Positions 11,291-24,790 are shown, counted from the first letter of the stretch. The stretch is DNA of 64,000 nt from Lama glama (GCA_028534125.1 CM052817.1:39124001-39188000), one strand, 5' to 3'. Notes: generated from the letters alone by a model not told the origin. Numbers and translations are program-made.

Positions 11291-13309
11291 GTTCTAGAAA
11301 TACTTGGTTTGGGAAGATGCTAAGTGTGGCCTATGATGTGAACTCCATACTGAGTTGTAATTTATTATAGCGAACATTCACTCATTCAGTCATCCAATAA
11401 GGAGTCTGGTAAAAACACACACATTGTGGGGGTGTGTGTGTATGTGTGGACAAGGGGAGTGGAAGGGTCACTGTAGGAAATAGGACCCTCTGACTTGGCT
11501 TTCAAATAATTTCACTTTCAGTTTTGAAAAACTTCCAAGTATTGTGTGATGCAGACATCTCGATCCATCTCTAAGCCTAATCCCATCCCGGAAGATGGGG
11601 TCGGGGTGATGTGAGGCTGAAAGGTGCCTTCTGCACAGATTACTCGGTGTTAGAAAGAAAGTTATTACTTTGTTAAAATGACTGTGTCACAATCGCCCGT
11701 GGTAATGTCCTTAACCTGCTTTACTTCCAAGCAGCGGCAGTGAATGGCCCCCTTGCTGGCCTGGAGGGGAACGCCTGATGCTAGGATCTGCAGTCTGAGA
11801 AGTTGCAGTGGTAGTGAGGCAGGCAGCTGCCTGTTGAGCTTGTCCTTGTACCTTCTGCTTACTCCCTGAGTGCAACGGAGAGCTTGTTCCCTGCTGGGAG
11901 GCCAAGAGCTGCTTTCTCCATGAATTGGTCAACATTTATTAGTGCCAGCAGTGTATCAGATCCACTACTTAACTGCATTTAGGAACATTACCGCTGAAAA
12001 TACCAGCATTGACTGAGAGTAAGGTGACATCAAAAGAATTCATTCATTCAACAAACTTTTATTAAAAAAATGCTCTGTGCCAGGCATTGATCTCCAGGTT
12101 AAGGTCTCTTAGGTGCATTAATTTCATTTTGATGACACGGATACTTTATTTTTATCATCCTCAGACTTTTTATGTGATTTGTTCTTTGTCATAAATGCAA
12201 ACTAAAGCCTTTCACCCCCACCCCCAATATATCCCCTGCCAAAGTTTCCCCTAACAGTTCAAAAGCCTAAATTTTCTTCTGTCAGTTCTTTTTCCAGAAG
12301 TACATTAGGGTCACTAGAGCTCTGCATTTTGTAACAGGGTAAGAAATTAAAGCAATTTGTGTGAGTAGAGGAGCTTTTAAAAACTCTACTGTTTGGGGAT
12401 GGCCATATAATTTCCAGGTTTTCACAAAGGAAATGGAATTAAAATGAAGGTCATCGTTAAATTGAAACAAAATTTACTCCTTTTGTACCTCATCAGCTAC
12501 TAATTAATGAGACTCTCACGAGTACTGAACAATACTATAGATTAGGGGCTGCTGTCAGCATGAACACTTAGATTGGAATCCATAAAAAGCCCATTCTCCC
12601 AGCGATGGCTGGGTAGCAGCCCTGGGCCTGCCAAGTCTCTGTTATTGAGGATTTATTTAAAGATACTTTTTAAAGCATTTCCTCCTTTACAATGAAGACT
12701 TTTCTGTGTGTATTTCAGTAGACATTTAAAATCCCATCCATAATCTTTTTGAAATCCTTCCCTCATTAAAATGACTTGGCTTGAGAGCTAGTTGGCATTA
12801 CAGTCGCTGATTATGAAGGAAAAGCTGTGAGGAAAAACAATTGAATAGAAATGAATTTCCACTGAGGAGAAATGCTTCCCCCTGACTTGGGGTGAGTGTT
12901 GGATTTAGGGTTGGGTGGTCATGAAACCTGGAGAAAGGACAGTTTTTAATTGCCTCCAGCTCTTGTCCCTTCTTTAGAGGAACTCTGGGGACTTGGAAAA
13001 GTAGGGACTTATCCTAGGAATCTGAAATTTAACGTCTCAGTTTTTTCCCTCATTTTTTCCTTTTGCCTTCTGTGCTGCTATTTTTATGTGTTCGTATGCT
13101 TGTGTGTGGTTTTTAACTCTCCCTTGTTTGCTGCCCTTTGTTTCAGGGTTCCAAAACAAAATTCTGAAGTTATTGTAATCTAAAGTTTGACATCTCTAGT
13201 CCACTGAAATGTTGGGGAAAAGATATATATTTGGTCGCTGACAGTAGCTGAGGTTGAAAGGGTTTTTGCCTTTCCCCTCTAGTAGTAGCTCTGACCCACC
13301 CACAGCCTC

Positions 13310-16300
13310 TCTTTTTTCCCCAGTTTTATTGAGATTGACATAACATTGTGTAAGTTTATATACTGTGAAAGATTACTACAATAAGGCTAGTTAACACATT
13401 CGTTACCTCACATAATCTTTTTGTTTTTGGTGGTGAGAATGTTTAAGATTTATTCTCTTAGTGAATTTCAAGCACCCAATACCATACTGCCAACTATAAT
13501 CACTGTGTGGTGTATTAGATCCCCAGAACTTACTCATTTTATGACTGGAAGTGTGTACCCTTTGACCAGCATCTCCCCATTTTCTCCAGCCCTCCAGCCC
13601 CTGGCGGCCACCATTCTACTCTCTGTCTCTGCGAGTTCCACATTTTTAGATTCTGTAAATAAGTAGGATCATACAGTGTTTGTCTTTCTCTGTCTGACTT
13701 ATTTCACTTAGCATAATGCCCTCCAGGGTCATCGGTGTTGTTGCAAATGGCAAGATTTCCTTCTTTTTTTATGGCTGAATGATATCCCATTGTATATACA
13801 TATACACCACATCTTCTTTATCCATTCATCTGCTGTTGAATGTGTAGGTTGTTTTGAAGTTTTGGCTATTGTGAATAATGCTGCAACTAACATGGTGGGG
13901 TGCAAATATCTCTTCAAGATCCTTGTTTCCTTTCCTTCAGATATATACCAAGAAATGGGAATTCTAGACCATATGGTAGATTTATTTTTAATTTTTTGAA
14001 GAACCTCCATACTCCAATTTATATTTCCATCAACAGCGCAGAAGGATTCCCTTTGCTCAACATCTTGCCAGCACTTGTTATCTCTTGTCTTCTTTTCTGT
14101 TGTAACTAGCTACCTTTTTTTTTTCAGTTTTCCACCTTTTTAAAAACTGAAGTATAGTCGATTACAATGTTGTGTTAGTTTCAGGTGTACAGTATAGTGA
14201 TTCGGTTATATATATACATATATATTCTTTATCAGATTATTTTCCATTATAGGCTGTTACAAGATATTGAATATAGTTCCCTGTGCTATACAGTAGGTCC
14301 TTGTTGTTTATCAATTGTATATGTAGTAGACTGTATATATTAATCCTAAACTCCTAATTTATCCCTCCCCTCACACCTTTGGTAACCATGGTTTGTTTCC
14401 TATGTCTGTGAATATTTCTGGTTTGTGAATAAGTTCATTTGTATCATTTTACTTTTTAGATCTCATATATAAGTAATATATGATATTTGTCGTTTTCTGT
14501 TTGACTTACTTCACTTTATATGATAATCTCTAGGTCCACCTGTGTTGCTGCAGATAGTTTTATTTCATTCTTTATTATGGCTGAGTAGTGTTCTGTTGTA
14601 TATATACACTACATCTCCTTCATCCATTCATCTATTGATGGACACTTAGGTTGCTTCTCTGTCTTGGCTATTGTAAATAGTGCTGCTGTGAACATTGGGG
14701 TGCGTGTGTCTTTTTGAATTATAGTTTTCTCTGGCTATATGCCCAGGAGTAGGATTGCTGGATCATATGGTAAGTCTGTTTTTAGTTTTTTAAGGAGCCT
14801 CTATACTATTTTCCATGGTGTTTGCAGCAAATTACATTCCCACAAATAGTGTAGGAGGGTTCCCTTTTCTCCACACCTTCTCCAGCATTTTGTAGACTTT
14901 TTTCAATGATGGCCATTCTGATTGGTATGAAGTGATACCTTATTGTAGTTTTGATTTACATTTCTCTAATAATTGGTGATTTTGAGCACCTTTTCATATG
15001 CCTGTTGGCCATCTGTGTGTGTTCTTTGGAGAAATGTCTATTTAGGTCTTCTGCCCATTTTTTTGATTGGGTTGTTTTATTTTAATATTACACTGTATGA
15101 GCTGTTTGTATATTCTGGAAATTAATCCCTTGTTGGTTTCATCATTTGTAAATATTTTCTCCCATTCTGTAGGTTGTATTTTCATTTTGTTCATGGTTTC
15201 TTTTGCTGTGCAAAAGCTTTTAAGTTTAATTAGGTCCCATTTGCTTATTTTTTCTTTTATTTTCATTACTGTAGGAGACAAATTGGAAAAAAATATTACT
15301 GCAATTTATGTCAAAGAGTATTCTGCCTATGCTTTCTTCTAGGGGTTTTAGTGTCCAGTCGTAAGTTTAAGTCTTTAAACCATTTGAGATTTATTTTTGT
15401 ATATAGTGTTAGATAATGTTCTGATTACATTCTTTAAATGTAGCTGTCCAGTTTTCCCAGCACCACTTATTGAAAGGAATGCCTTTTCTCCATTGTATAT
15501 TTTTACCTCCTTTGTCATAGATTAATTGACCATAAGTGCATGAATTTATTTCTGGGCTTTCTATCTTGTTCCATTGATGTATGTGTCTGTTTCTGTGCCA
15601 GTACCATACTGTCCTGATTACTGTAGCTTTGTAGTATAGTCTGATGTCAAGGAGTGTGATTCTCCCGGCTCTGTTCTTCTTTCTCAAGACTGTTTTGGCT
15701 GTTCGGTGTCTTTTGGGTTTCCACACAAATTAAAAAAAAATTTTGTTTCAGTTCCATAAAAAATGCCATTGATGGTTTGATAGGAATTGCATTGAATTTG
15801 CATATAGTCTTGGGTCGTATGGCCATTTTAATAATATTGATTCTTCTAATCCAAGAACACAGTATACCTTTCCATCTGCTTGTGTCATCTTCAGTTTCTT
15901 TCATCAGCATCTTATGATTTTCAGAGTACAGCTCTTTTGCTTCCTTAGGTAGGTTTATTCCTAGGATTTTTTTTTTTTGAAGCCATGGTACATGGGATTA
16001 TTTCCTTTATTTCTTTTTCTGATATTTCATTGTTAGTGTATAGAAGTGCAACTGATTTCTGTATATTAATTTTGTATCCTACAACTTTACTGAATTCATC
16101 GATGAGCTCTAGTAGTTTTCTGGTAGCATCTTTCGGATTCTCTATGTATAGGATCATGTCATCTGCAAATTGTGACATTTTTGACTTCTTTTCCAATTTT
16201 TTTTTGATAAAAGCCATTTTAACAAGTATGAGGTGATATGTCATTGTGGTTTTGATTCACATTTCCCTGATAATTGGTGATATTGAACACCTTTCCATGC

Positions 16301-16400
16301 ACCTGTTGGCCATCTGTATGTCCTCGTTGGAAAAACTTCCATTCAGATTCTCTGCTCATTTTCAATTGGATTTTTTTTATTTTTTGCTACTGAGTTGTAC
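13310..16400 (-). mobile_element. Older L1MA9-like element (13310-~14100 and ~16197-16400), interrupted by a younger L1
   Basis: AALFTIAK...WIKKMW motif in the track; sequence broken at ttatctcttgtct (~14090) resumes as tttgataaaagccattttaacaagtatgagg (~16203). Confidence 0.85.
14115..16196 (-). mobile_element. Cetartiodactyl-type L1, ~2.1 kb, truncated within the RT domain
   Basis: Track peptides [15 protein letters not shown] (RT), [16 protein letters not shown] and [16 protein letters not shown]-rich left end; several frameshifts and stops. Confidence 0.95.
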
Positions 16401-19400
16401 ATCTATAACCTGCAAAACTGTCCCTCTTCTCATGGGCTGAAGCCAGGTACATGACAGCAAGGTGGCTAACCAGTTAGCAGATGTGGTAGGGCTTTGCCCT
16501 CCTTGTGATATTCTGAGTTCAGAAAAAAACCTTGAATCAAAGGACTGGTGATAATTTTCTTATTTCTTTTTAAAACTCTTTCCATCCATATGACTCTCCA
16601 CATCATCCTTAGGGAAAGTCTGGAAGAGGAGGGAGGCCAGAGCATAAATTGCTGGGTGGAGACATAAAATAATTCTGGGGAATATTTGCCCAGCATGTGT
16701 CTGCAGCATGACTGACAGCAGGTGGGGAATGGTGGTGAGGACACGGGGTGAGCATGTTCTCCACTAGAAGGCTGTGGCACATGTGGATTAGCCTGGTGAC
16801 AATATGAGTGGAGAATAGGGGAGCTCATATTCTTTAGTGAGAAATGGCTGAACTCAGTAGTAGATTAAATGGAGAGATGAAAGGAGTGAAAGATAATGCC
16901 CATGTTTTTCACTTTGGAGCAGATAATTTCCAATAAAGGGGAAGAAACAGTAAACTAACAGTTAGTCATTTATTAAGCATCCATTCTGCATCTAATAATT
17001 GTGCTCAGAGGATCAGGGGGTGCAAAAGAAATGGAAGACCTATTTTCTGCCATAAAACAACCATGATGTAGTTTGAGAGAGTGGAAAAATCCATGCACAG
17101 GAAAATATAAACTAATAATAACTAATAATAATTAAGAGCAATTTCTCTTTATTGTAGTTAACTGTGGGGATGGGTCCATTGCTAAGCACTTTTTGATCAA
17201 GTTCTCATACAAACCTATGACAGCAACACTGTCGAAAATTAAAAATTGATAAAGTAACAATAACTTTCACTGAGAACTAAGGGCCAAGGAGCTGCCTGAG
17301 GAGCCTCAAAGGGCGGCTCCTTCCTCTGGGACTGGTGCTATGGCTGCCCATAAATTACAGAGGAGAAAGTGAGGCTTTGAGACAAGTTCCTCATCTAAGT
17401 CACATAGCTAATGAGCTTCTAATAAGGGCTGGGACACAAACCTAAATCTGCCTAATTCTAAAGCCAAAGTTGTTCCTATACAACACAGTGTAAGTTGTCG
17501 GGATCAAAAAGAAATGCTCCTTTACTCCTAAAAAATATGTAAGATTTTTTTCAAGGTAACGCAGAAGCTCTAACAGAACCGGTGTTCACATAAAATTGCT
17601 TTATACTTATGGTCAAGTCTTATTCATGAGAGCTTCTTTCTCCCATTTCCTGTGTTCCCTCTGTCGACTCACAAAGGACTTTATCATTTCTAAATGGGTG
17701 CGGCTGATGGCTGGGAAGCTTTGCATTTGCACACACCCTCTACGAAAGCGCTATAAAGACTCTCCATTTACCATAAAGCGTGGGCTGTGCTGTTGAAAGT
17801 GAAGTATTGTCAAGATAAATCAGGAAAAAAAAATCCAGAACTGAATGCTGTGTTGGAGAGTATCTTAAAGAGCCTGTGCTTCAGAGGTATTTCCTTGGAA
17901 TGCTTTAAAGAAACACAACTTGTTTAAAGGGATTCAGCCACCCTTCGCACTCTTTCGTATCAAATGCTCCCAGCTGGCTAGAAGGGCGTAACAAAGCGTG
18001 CAGTGGGGTCCCCTCTCAAATTCTCAGGCTCTGTGGGTTTCAGAGTCTCCCTTTTGTGTATGGTTTGGAGTAAACTTTTCAAGAGAGTTAGTATAAACTC
18101 TGACATCCTCAGTCTGCATCTAGATGGCCGATTTTGGAGAATTAGTCCCGTGGGCAAAAGACTCTCGTGCCCGTTCAGTTCATATCTCTTCCAACAGCTC
18201 CATTCAGTTTTGGGGGTTTCCAACCCATTTTCAAATTGTTTAATTCCAAAGGCAAATCTTTTAAAGTCACCCTCCCATCTCCTTTCCTCCTCGCAAGCAA
18301 ACTGTGCTACAAAAGCAGAGGCCTCCCTCGGCCCTGTTTACTTAGAGTGCAAACCGTATTCAAGCCAGCGATGTCAGATTAAAGGAAGAAAGGAGAGAGA
18401 AATCAAAGCCTTAAACTGCACATAAAAGGCAATCGCTGGCAACCAATCTGTTCGACTTCCAACTATTTGCACTTTATGAATAAAGGTCAATCTGTTATTG
18501 GCACCCAAATGTTAATGTTCTTATGAGGGTTTAAGCTGCTTTAACAGCTGAATAAGTGAGAGTGAGCCATAGGGCCACACCTAATCATTCAGGCCCAGCT
18601 GGGACATGGGGAGCTTCTCAAAAAGGCAAGAGATGCAAAGGGTATGGCGTGGGGGGCCAGCCGAGGGGAGAGGAGCATGTGTTTCATGAGGGGGTACGAG
18701 AGGGAAAAGATGAAATGACGTATGTATTACATACAGGAAACTCAAGAATAAACGTGCCTGGACCTTTTTTCTTTCCATCTGTTCTGCACGCTGCTTGCTG
18801 TCTATAGCAGCTACCCCTGCCCCAGACCTTTGGCAGCTTTAGATCATCAATTATCTTCTAATATGTATTTGATTTTTCTCTTTGAAAAACCACACCTCCA
18901 CACATTTCATAGCCCTGCCTAGCAGAGTACTCTGAGTGAACAGTACAATGCAGTCAGTAGGCAGACCTCTGACTGGCCCCACGGTGAGGGCTGCCACCTG
19001 CCTCCCAGTCCACAGGGACACAGCCACTCTCAAGGTGTCCCGTTTCCAGGTGAAAGAATAATAGTAGATACATCACCCCCGAACCCCCTCCAAAGGAGAA
19101 AAAAGGGAAGGAAGGAAAGACAAAAGCTTGGCATTCTGCATCTAGGCAGAAAACAACTGTGTATGATGCAAATGCCATTTTATTGCACCTCCAAATTATT
19201 CCCCGCAGATGGAGGCGACGTGTGACTGGCAGACAGATGGGTTTTCCCCTCTGTGTGTGGGGCAAACGACCTCAGAAGTTTCTAGCTCTGTTCCAAGTGT
19301 TCCGCATCCTCCCTAGGCCTCAGTTTCCTTCTCTGTAAAATGACAGTTTCTTTTCAGATCCCATTCAACTCTGCTGACCTCTCTTAGCTGGTTTCTTCAG

Positions 19401-20729
19401 CTAGACAGTGAGGATGTGTTATTGTGAGGTGGAAGGGAATTGCTTACTTGAGAAGACCTTTTAAAAACGAAAACGTCATCCTTCCTGAAGGCGTCATCAT
19501 TACGAATAGGACTTCTGTGGAAAGTGGAGGCTGTGCCCAAGGCTGGGCTCTGGGAGGGGGCGAGGAGGGTTGCTTTTCCTCACTCGTCGTCATGTGAGCA
19601 GAAGCAAGCTATTCGTGTCCTCCTAAATGTTCTCTCTCAAGATTTTGCCGACAATTCCCCTACTTGGTGCATCCTTCCCCAGTACTAACCATCTGTTAAT
19701 ATGCAACTTGGATACACTGAGTTGAACTGACTCTCCTTCCATCTCTCTTCTGGGACTTCACCCATTCCTGGCTGGAGTATCATTGTTTCTGTACATTTCT
19801 GTCTCTTACGCAGGATGACAGACTCAGGAGTCTGGACCTCTGCCTTGGATTGGGCAGCATCTCTTTGCTGAACAGAATTCAAATGATGCTTGTTCTCCCC
19901 ACCTTTTAAATAAACTGATTGATTTTTCAAATAGATACTAAATTCAAATACTATAAATGTCACGTTATTAATTCATAGAAAGTAACTCCTTCCCCCTCCT
20001 TTCTCTCTGTCTTCAGTTTCTGATCAGGAAGCCACTGTTACTGATTTCTTGTACTATTCTTTCTTAAACCTCCTTCCAGGACATAGTAAGTAAACCGAGA
20101 ATGTATCGCAAAGTGGTTCAAATGACAAGGGAGGAAGAGTGTTACAAACCACAGAGAATGATTCTTGGGAGACAGTACTTCCAGTGCATGCTGCAGTTGC
20201 TTCGGTGGGGCAGTCCAGTTTCTAGGAGGGTGGAAGGATGTTATTAACCAGCTGTGTCTTGTTGGGCAAGACCTTTAACTTTGTCGGGCCCTTTGGGTTC
20301 ATGTCTACCCAACTTCCCATCTCCACAGTTCTCTGATTCTTATCTAAACAAGAGTAATTTCACAAAGTCAGAGAATCAGTGTTTGAGAAAATGAATTCCA
20401 TATTAGCATTTTCAATCAGGAATTTAACCTTTGAGCTGGTGAAGCAGCTTTGCCAAATCAATCTATTTAGGAAATTAAAAATAAAATTAGGCACATTTAT
20501 TGCAAATTAAAGTGAACTGGAATTGAACATTTCTAACTGGCGCCAGAAGAGAAATGTCCCAATCAGATCTCTGTGCCAACAAGGCTAACGGGGCCAATCC
20601 TGAGTGCTGTGCATTTCTTTTACAGCTAGGATTTTCCTTCTTGCCTCCTTAGATGGGCTTTGGGATGAGGGTGAGGGTGAGGGGACTGTGAGGTCTGTAG
20701 ATTTGTGTCCAGTCTTCTCTGTATATATG

Positions 20730-20970
20730 TGTTGAATTAGTGTCCTGGCAGAAAGCAGATCTCACACTCAAACTGGGTAATTAGAAGAGAGTAATAATAG
20801 GCTGTTTACAGAGGGCTGGGCAGAGTTCCTGAAAATGAAAAAAAGAATATTCCAGTACCCCGAGGTTAGCAGGGGGAAAACCATTATCACTCACTCACTG
20901 GCCTGAAGGGGTCAGGAGGAGTAATTCTGGAGAAGACAGGTGCACGGAGAGGGCTTCCTAACAGGAACTT
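20730..20970. mobile_element. LTR41-like ERVL LTR fragment
   Basis: gcagaaagcagatctcacactcaaactgggtaattagaagagag...cagtaccccgaggttagc...ggcctgaagggg matches recalled LTR41. Confidence 0.65.
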
Positions 20971-20999
20971 CCGCCTGCAATGTCCACCTGTCCTCTCTG

Positions 21000-21262
21000 G
21001 CCTGGGTATCTGCAGCTCATCCCTCAGGGTTCCCCAGATGTTCCTATGCTGAGAAGGCCTTCCCTGAGTTCATGCTTCTGGGCTGAGCCCACACATTGGT
21101 CGCCGTGTAAGAATCATGTGGATATTTTGATCATAGCACTTGTCACATTCTTTACTTTTCTGTGTCTCCTACAAGTCTGTATGCTTCTTGAGAACATAGA
21201 TTCTGTCTTATTGGGCTTGTGTCCTCTGTCTCCAGTCAAGTGTTTGTGGAATGACAGGAAGG
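21000..21262 (+). mobile_element. L2 3' end fragment
   Basis: aggccttccctga...tcatagcacttgtcaca...tgtttgtggaatga pattern. Confidence 0.6.
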
Positions 21263-21544
21263 AAATGACAGCACTGTCACAGCATTATTGTTCAGGGGCC
21301 TGGACTGTGCTTACATGCAGTTCTCCAAGTGCCTGGAGGGGCAGAGGAATCCCAGATACAGGTTCCCTTGATCACAGATTGGGAACATACTTTGACAACT
21401 AGTTTCGAAAAATATGAAAACCTCCATCCAGCAGCTGTTGAGTTTACAGGATACTCATTATTGAGGCTGCGTGAGGGGGAGTGGAGTGAGGGCAAGCATG
21501 TGAAATCAGGAATCAGGAGACAAGTTTTGCTCTAAATCTTTTGT

Positions 21545-22390
21545 CTAAGAATTAACCCTAAGGGGATGACTCTCTGAATGTGGAAGAAAATATACTCATG
21601 ATTTTCATCACAGCACTGTTTTCAAAAGAAAAAACCAAAGGCAACCTAAAGCCCATCAATAGGGATTAATTAACTACATTATGATACGTAATACAATGAA
21701 ATGTATGCAGCCATGAAACATGATGAGGCGGACACGTGGAAAGATGCTTATGATCTGTTGTGTGAAAAAGCAAGTTACCTACTTATATGATCAGTATGAT
21801 CATAATTTTATACGTAATATTCCCAGTTCTGTGAATTTGGTGAAATTACTTAACCTCTCCCAGCCTCACTTTCCTCGTTTGTAAGTTACATCTACTTCAT
21901 AGAGTTGTTCTAAGGAGTAAATGCAGATATCCAAGATACTAAGATAGTATTGGTTCATTGAAAGAGGTTAATATGTCTTAGTGCTTATTACAATCACTAT
22001 TCATGTTATCTGTCTATATGCAAAAAAAAGATACATGAAAGGCTATTTGCAAAAATATTTCTGGTAATTATTGGTATACATTTTACTTTCTTCTTTGACA
22101 TTCCTATATTACTTGAATTTTCTCAATAATCATCTATCAATTTTGCAACAATATTAAAGTAATTGGAAAAAGAAAACTTCTGTTTTACTTCTTCCTCCAC
22201 CACTTACTCTGTGTCTTTTGGGAAGTAACTGGATACCCCTGAACCTTATTTTCCTCATTTATAAAATATAAGGACCTATTCATTTATTTTCCACCTCAGA
22301 AGATTTTACTATGGATCAAATGAGTTACTGGGTTTGTCTGTGTTCTTGGAAAACAGCAAAGCACTATACAAATATTAGATATAATTATTA
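21545..22390 (+). mobile_element. L1ME relic (21545-~22160) with an inserted MIR (~21820-21990) and an adjacent MIR (~22200-22390)
   Basis: ggcaacctaaagcccatcaataggg (L1 ORF2 end); MIR cores ttacttaacctctcccagcctcactttcctcgtttgtaa and ccttattttcctcatttataaaat. Confidence 0.65.
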
Positions 22391-22739
22391 TTTGTATTAA
22401 CTTCATTGGGATCACTTACTTGGAATTTTTTTCCTACTTTTCCTCTGGATGTTTTGAAAAAGACAAGTAATTATGAAACGAGGTCTTAGGAAGCCCATAA
22501 ATCGTGGACTGACTTGTAGGGGTAGCATCAATGATCTGCTACCATCGTCATAATGAACTGAGCAGAAGTCCTAGCCACCAAATTATTGACAGTGCAGACT
22601 GTTTCATGAGCCCTGGCTTATTTTCACTGAGAGTGGAGATCACTCTCTTCCTTCTTGGGCAGGAGACTCTCCGCTTTCTGTGTGGGTTTGTGTCTTGCTT
22701 GCTGCGGGCTAGCAGTGGGTATTAACTGGAGTGAGAGGT

Positions 22740-24790
22740 GAACCTGTCAGCAAACGTTTGGTGAATCCGTGAACGGAACGTACGGATTTGGAAGGCGAAT
22801 CACTGCGCCGGTTCCCGAGGTTGCATAGGCGTTGGAGTCACTGGGGATTTGGTAATATTTACCGTAGCGTCTGACGCATCATCTCCTTCCCCTTCACTCA
22901 TGAAAGATGCAGACGCCTTCAGGGAGGAGGTCCAACTCGAGCGTTCTGGGAACACAAGGAAGGACCTGTAGTCAAAATCTGCAAATCTGAAGGAGGTCTT
23001 TGTGCACAGAAGCTGTCCAGCCTGTAAACGTCCCCAGTCCCCAGATTAGTGCCAACTTATTTTCCAGTGAAGACACCGGTGGTTGGGGAGGGAGGGGGAA
23101 GTTAGCAGGAGGGAACACAAAGGAAAAGACGCACTTAACACTAACCAAGTAACCAGGTAAGCGCCAAAGGAGCGTCTGCCCAGCCCGTGTCTGCAGAGGT
23201 GCCCGCCGACCCCTTAGAGCAGCCCTCCGGGCACACGTGCTTGGCGAATATTTGTAGAATAGGATTATGAATATTTCTCTTTCGTAATACCTTTAAAAAT
23301 GTGATTAATTTTTTGAGGGGACGGAGCAGAAAGGACCCCAGAAAGCTGAGAGATAGCGGGTTTTTTTGTTGTTGTTTTGTTTTTTGTTTTGTTTTGTTTT
23401 GTTTTTGGTTTCTTAAGATGAGCAACATATTTCTAGTGAGAAATGATGAATGAGTTTGAGTGTATTTCACTGCCTACGCGCCCCCTCCCCCATCCTGGGC
23501 TTTTAGTACATCTTGGGCTCTTGGTGTGTTCAGTCAGGATTTAAGGCCTCCCTGAGAACCAGAAGAAACATTTACTCTCCCCTTTCCCACTCTTTGGAAG
23601 GTTGCCGTCCAAGCTTATAAAAGTCATTTCCATTTTCAAAAGCGGAGTTGGTGAAACACTTTGGAAACTTTCCCTGCACCCCTCCACTCCCCCAACCCGC
23701 CCCACTCCATCTTCTTGTTCGAGAAATGCAAATCGAAAGCCAATCCTATTTTATGTTAAAAAGTGAAAAACATTTCAATGTATTCTTGTCTTGTATGACT
23801 GGCTGAGAGCCTCTAAATCCCCACCATTTACCAAATTAAACTAATTGAAAGTGCTTCCAAAAGCCACATCTGTAGGCTGACGTTTGTCCCTGCCTTTCAC
23901 TTGCGGCTCGGGGAACTGTTCTCCATTCCATTGATCCCTGAATAGTCATGCCTGTCAGGAAGCCACATCAGCCATTATCATTCTAATTTTACTGCCTTTC
24001 TTGGTCCCTAATCTAATTTGCAATGATGCTTAAGCATTTCGCGAGGCCATAGCACTTTCTTCAGAATTTCAACAAGAGCATTAAACCCCCAATTTACATT
24101 AATGAAGTGCACATTTAATTAGGGGAGAGGGTAAATGGAGGGCTCTTCAGGAGCAGTTTGTGTGATATGATAGGCACTCCAGAAGGGAGGGAGACGGATC
24201 TGATCAAAGACGTGCCATCTATCAGAAGGCTGGATGCCTTTCCCTCACCCCCTCGCTTCCTCCTGGCCTCACCTTCTCACTTCCACCAGCCCATCAGCTA
24301 CGTCTACTTCTCTAAAACTTGCTCCACAGCTACGACGCTAAAATTATGAAAGCAGACCTGTCAGCAAGGGAGCGCCAGGCAGAGGACTCTGTAAGAGGGT
24401 CATGTGGTTTTCAGGTCCCCTGCTGCCCCCCAAAGGGGAGATTAACTTGTTCTTTTAAATAATGAGAAACATAGGAAACCGGCTCCAGTCTCCTGTTTAA
24501 TGAATGCATTAAGCCCCCGGGCTGAGCGGCACAGTGGTCCTGCACAAACTTGGCTGGCTGTGGCGAGAGGGGTGGGCGAGGGGGAGGGGCGGGGATGAAT
24601 TTCTGGTCATGGATCCATGCAATGAATTCATTTCCACACATTACCCGAGATGCAGTGATGTCACGCCGTGAAGTCTCTGCCGCGGGCTCTGCTGGACCCA
24701 GGCGTCTGACGCAGGGGCGGCGGATGTGCGCGCGTCTGCGTCCACTTGCATATTTATCTTAAGACGGAAAAAAAAGGGTCTGCTTTTAGT
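22740..24790. promoter_or_regulatory. Largely repeat-free, CpG-enriched candidate enhancer/promoter
   Basis: CpG clusters at ~22750-23250 and 24520-24770 (about 14 CpG counted in 24645-24766); GC box ggggaggggcgggg at 24581-24594; TAAT- and CTGTCA-containing block at 23740-24120. Confidence 0.5.

Noticed and set aside
15945..16244. 99-aa ORF with FADD motif as a separate RT gene
   Set aside because: Chimera across a nested L1 junction; part of a dead element.
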